From contig OZ223236.1 of NCBI GenBank assembly GCA_965140445.1, forward strand, positions 4,480,001-4,544,000: a stretch of 64,000 nt of DNA. The letters run 5' to 3'. The notes below the pieces were generated by a model, which saw only the letters and a program-made list of their open reading frames with translations, was not told where the DNA came from and ran no database searches. This DNA comes from Candidatus Ozemobacteraceae bacterium (lineage in GTDB: Bacteria; Muiribacteriota; Ozemobacteria; Ozemobacterales; Ozemobacteraceae). This document shows, in pieces, positions 63,799-64,000 of the stretch (its first letter is position 1; each line of letters starts with the position of its first letter). The position numbers were made by a program, and so were the translations under genes.

Positions 63799-64000
63799 AT
63801 GACAAGCAAACCAATTGTTTATACAGTAAACCTTAGGGCATCCAAGCCTCAAGATAGCCAACCTGCAAAGATGGAAAGGCTGGCAAAAGCCATTGGAATG
63901 GACAAATTCCCATGGAAAAACAAATTGGTTGCAATAAAAACTCATTTTGGTGAACGCGGAAACGCTGCTTTCCCAAGGCCAATTTTGATTCGCCCCATTG
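63799..64000 (+). CDS. DUF362-domain protein, 5' partial
   Basis: Manual translation MTSKPIVY...LVAIKTHFGERGNAAFPRP; runs off the window. Confidence 0.75.
   Translation, partial: MTSKPIVYTVNLRASKPQDSQPAKMERLAKAIGMDKFPWKNKLVAIKTHFGERGNAAFPRPILIRPI

Noticed and set aside
1..64000. tRNA, rRNA, CRISPR arrays, IS elements
   Set aside because: Intergenic gaps are short and accounted for; no such signatures seen by eye (no covariance-model search was run)

Overview
AT-rich chromosomal window from a diderm bacterium (secretin, lipoproteins). No rRNA, tRNA, CRISPR array or mobile element was seen. Left to right: a HEAT/acidic protein; an FmdB zinc-ribbon gene with a CIRCE (HrcA) operator; an orphan TaqI-like adenine methyltransferase; a compact 8-gene operon of unknown function (DUF6754 protein, three membrane proteins, a small protein, a GlmL/MutL-type ASKHA ATPase, a barrel-sandwich-hybrid protein and a Wzz-like protein) with its own promoter, operator and terminator; oppA/D/F; and a type IV filament locus. 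That locus has a Poly_export fusion, PilC, an AMIN-secretin, nine prepilins (eight are tandem two-domain GspG-like pilins) and a TPR-fused O-oligosaccharyltransferase, with apparent sigma28, sigma54 and sigma70 promoters, and lies next to rpoN. The remainder is largely housekeeping: mutS2, glmS, slt, an EF-G paralog, a large Ig/NHL lipoprotein, trmFO-topA-smg-dprA, a HEAT protein, cdaR-cdaA, dapA, yebC-ruvA-ruvB. The best candidates for undescribed systems are the DUF6754/GlmL operon and the pilin array. Family names come from motif recognition only; no searches were run. Several starts were moved from the ORF track to RBS-supported codons.
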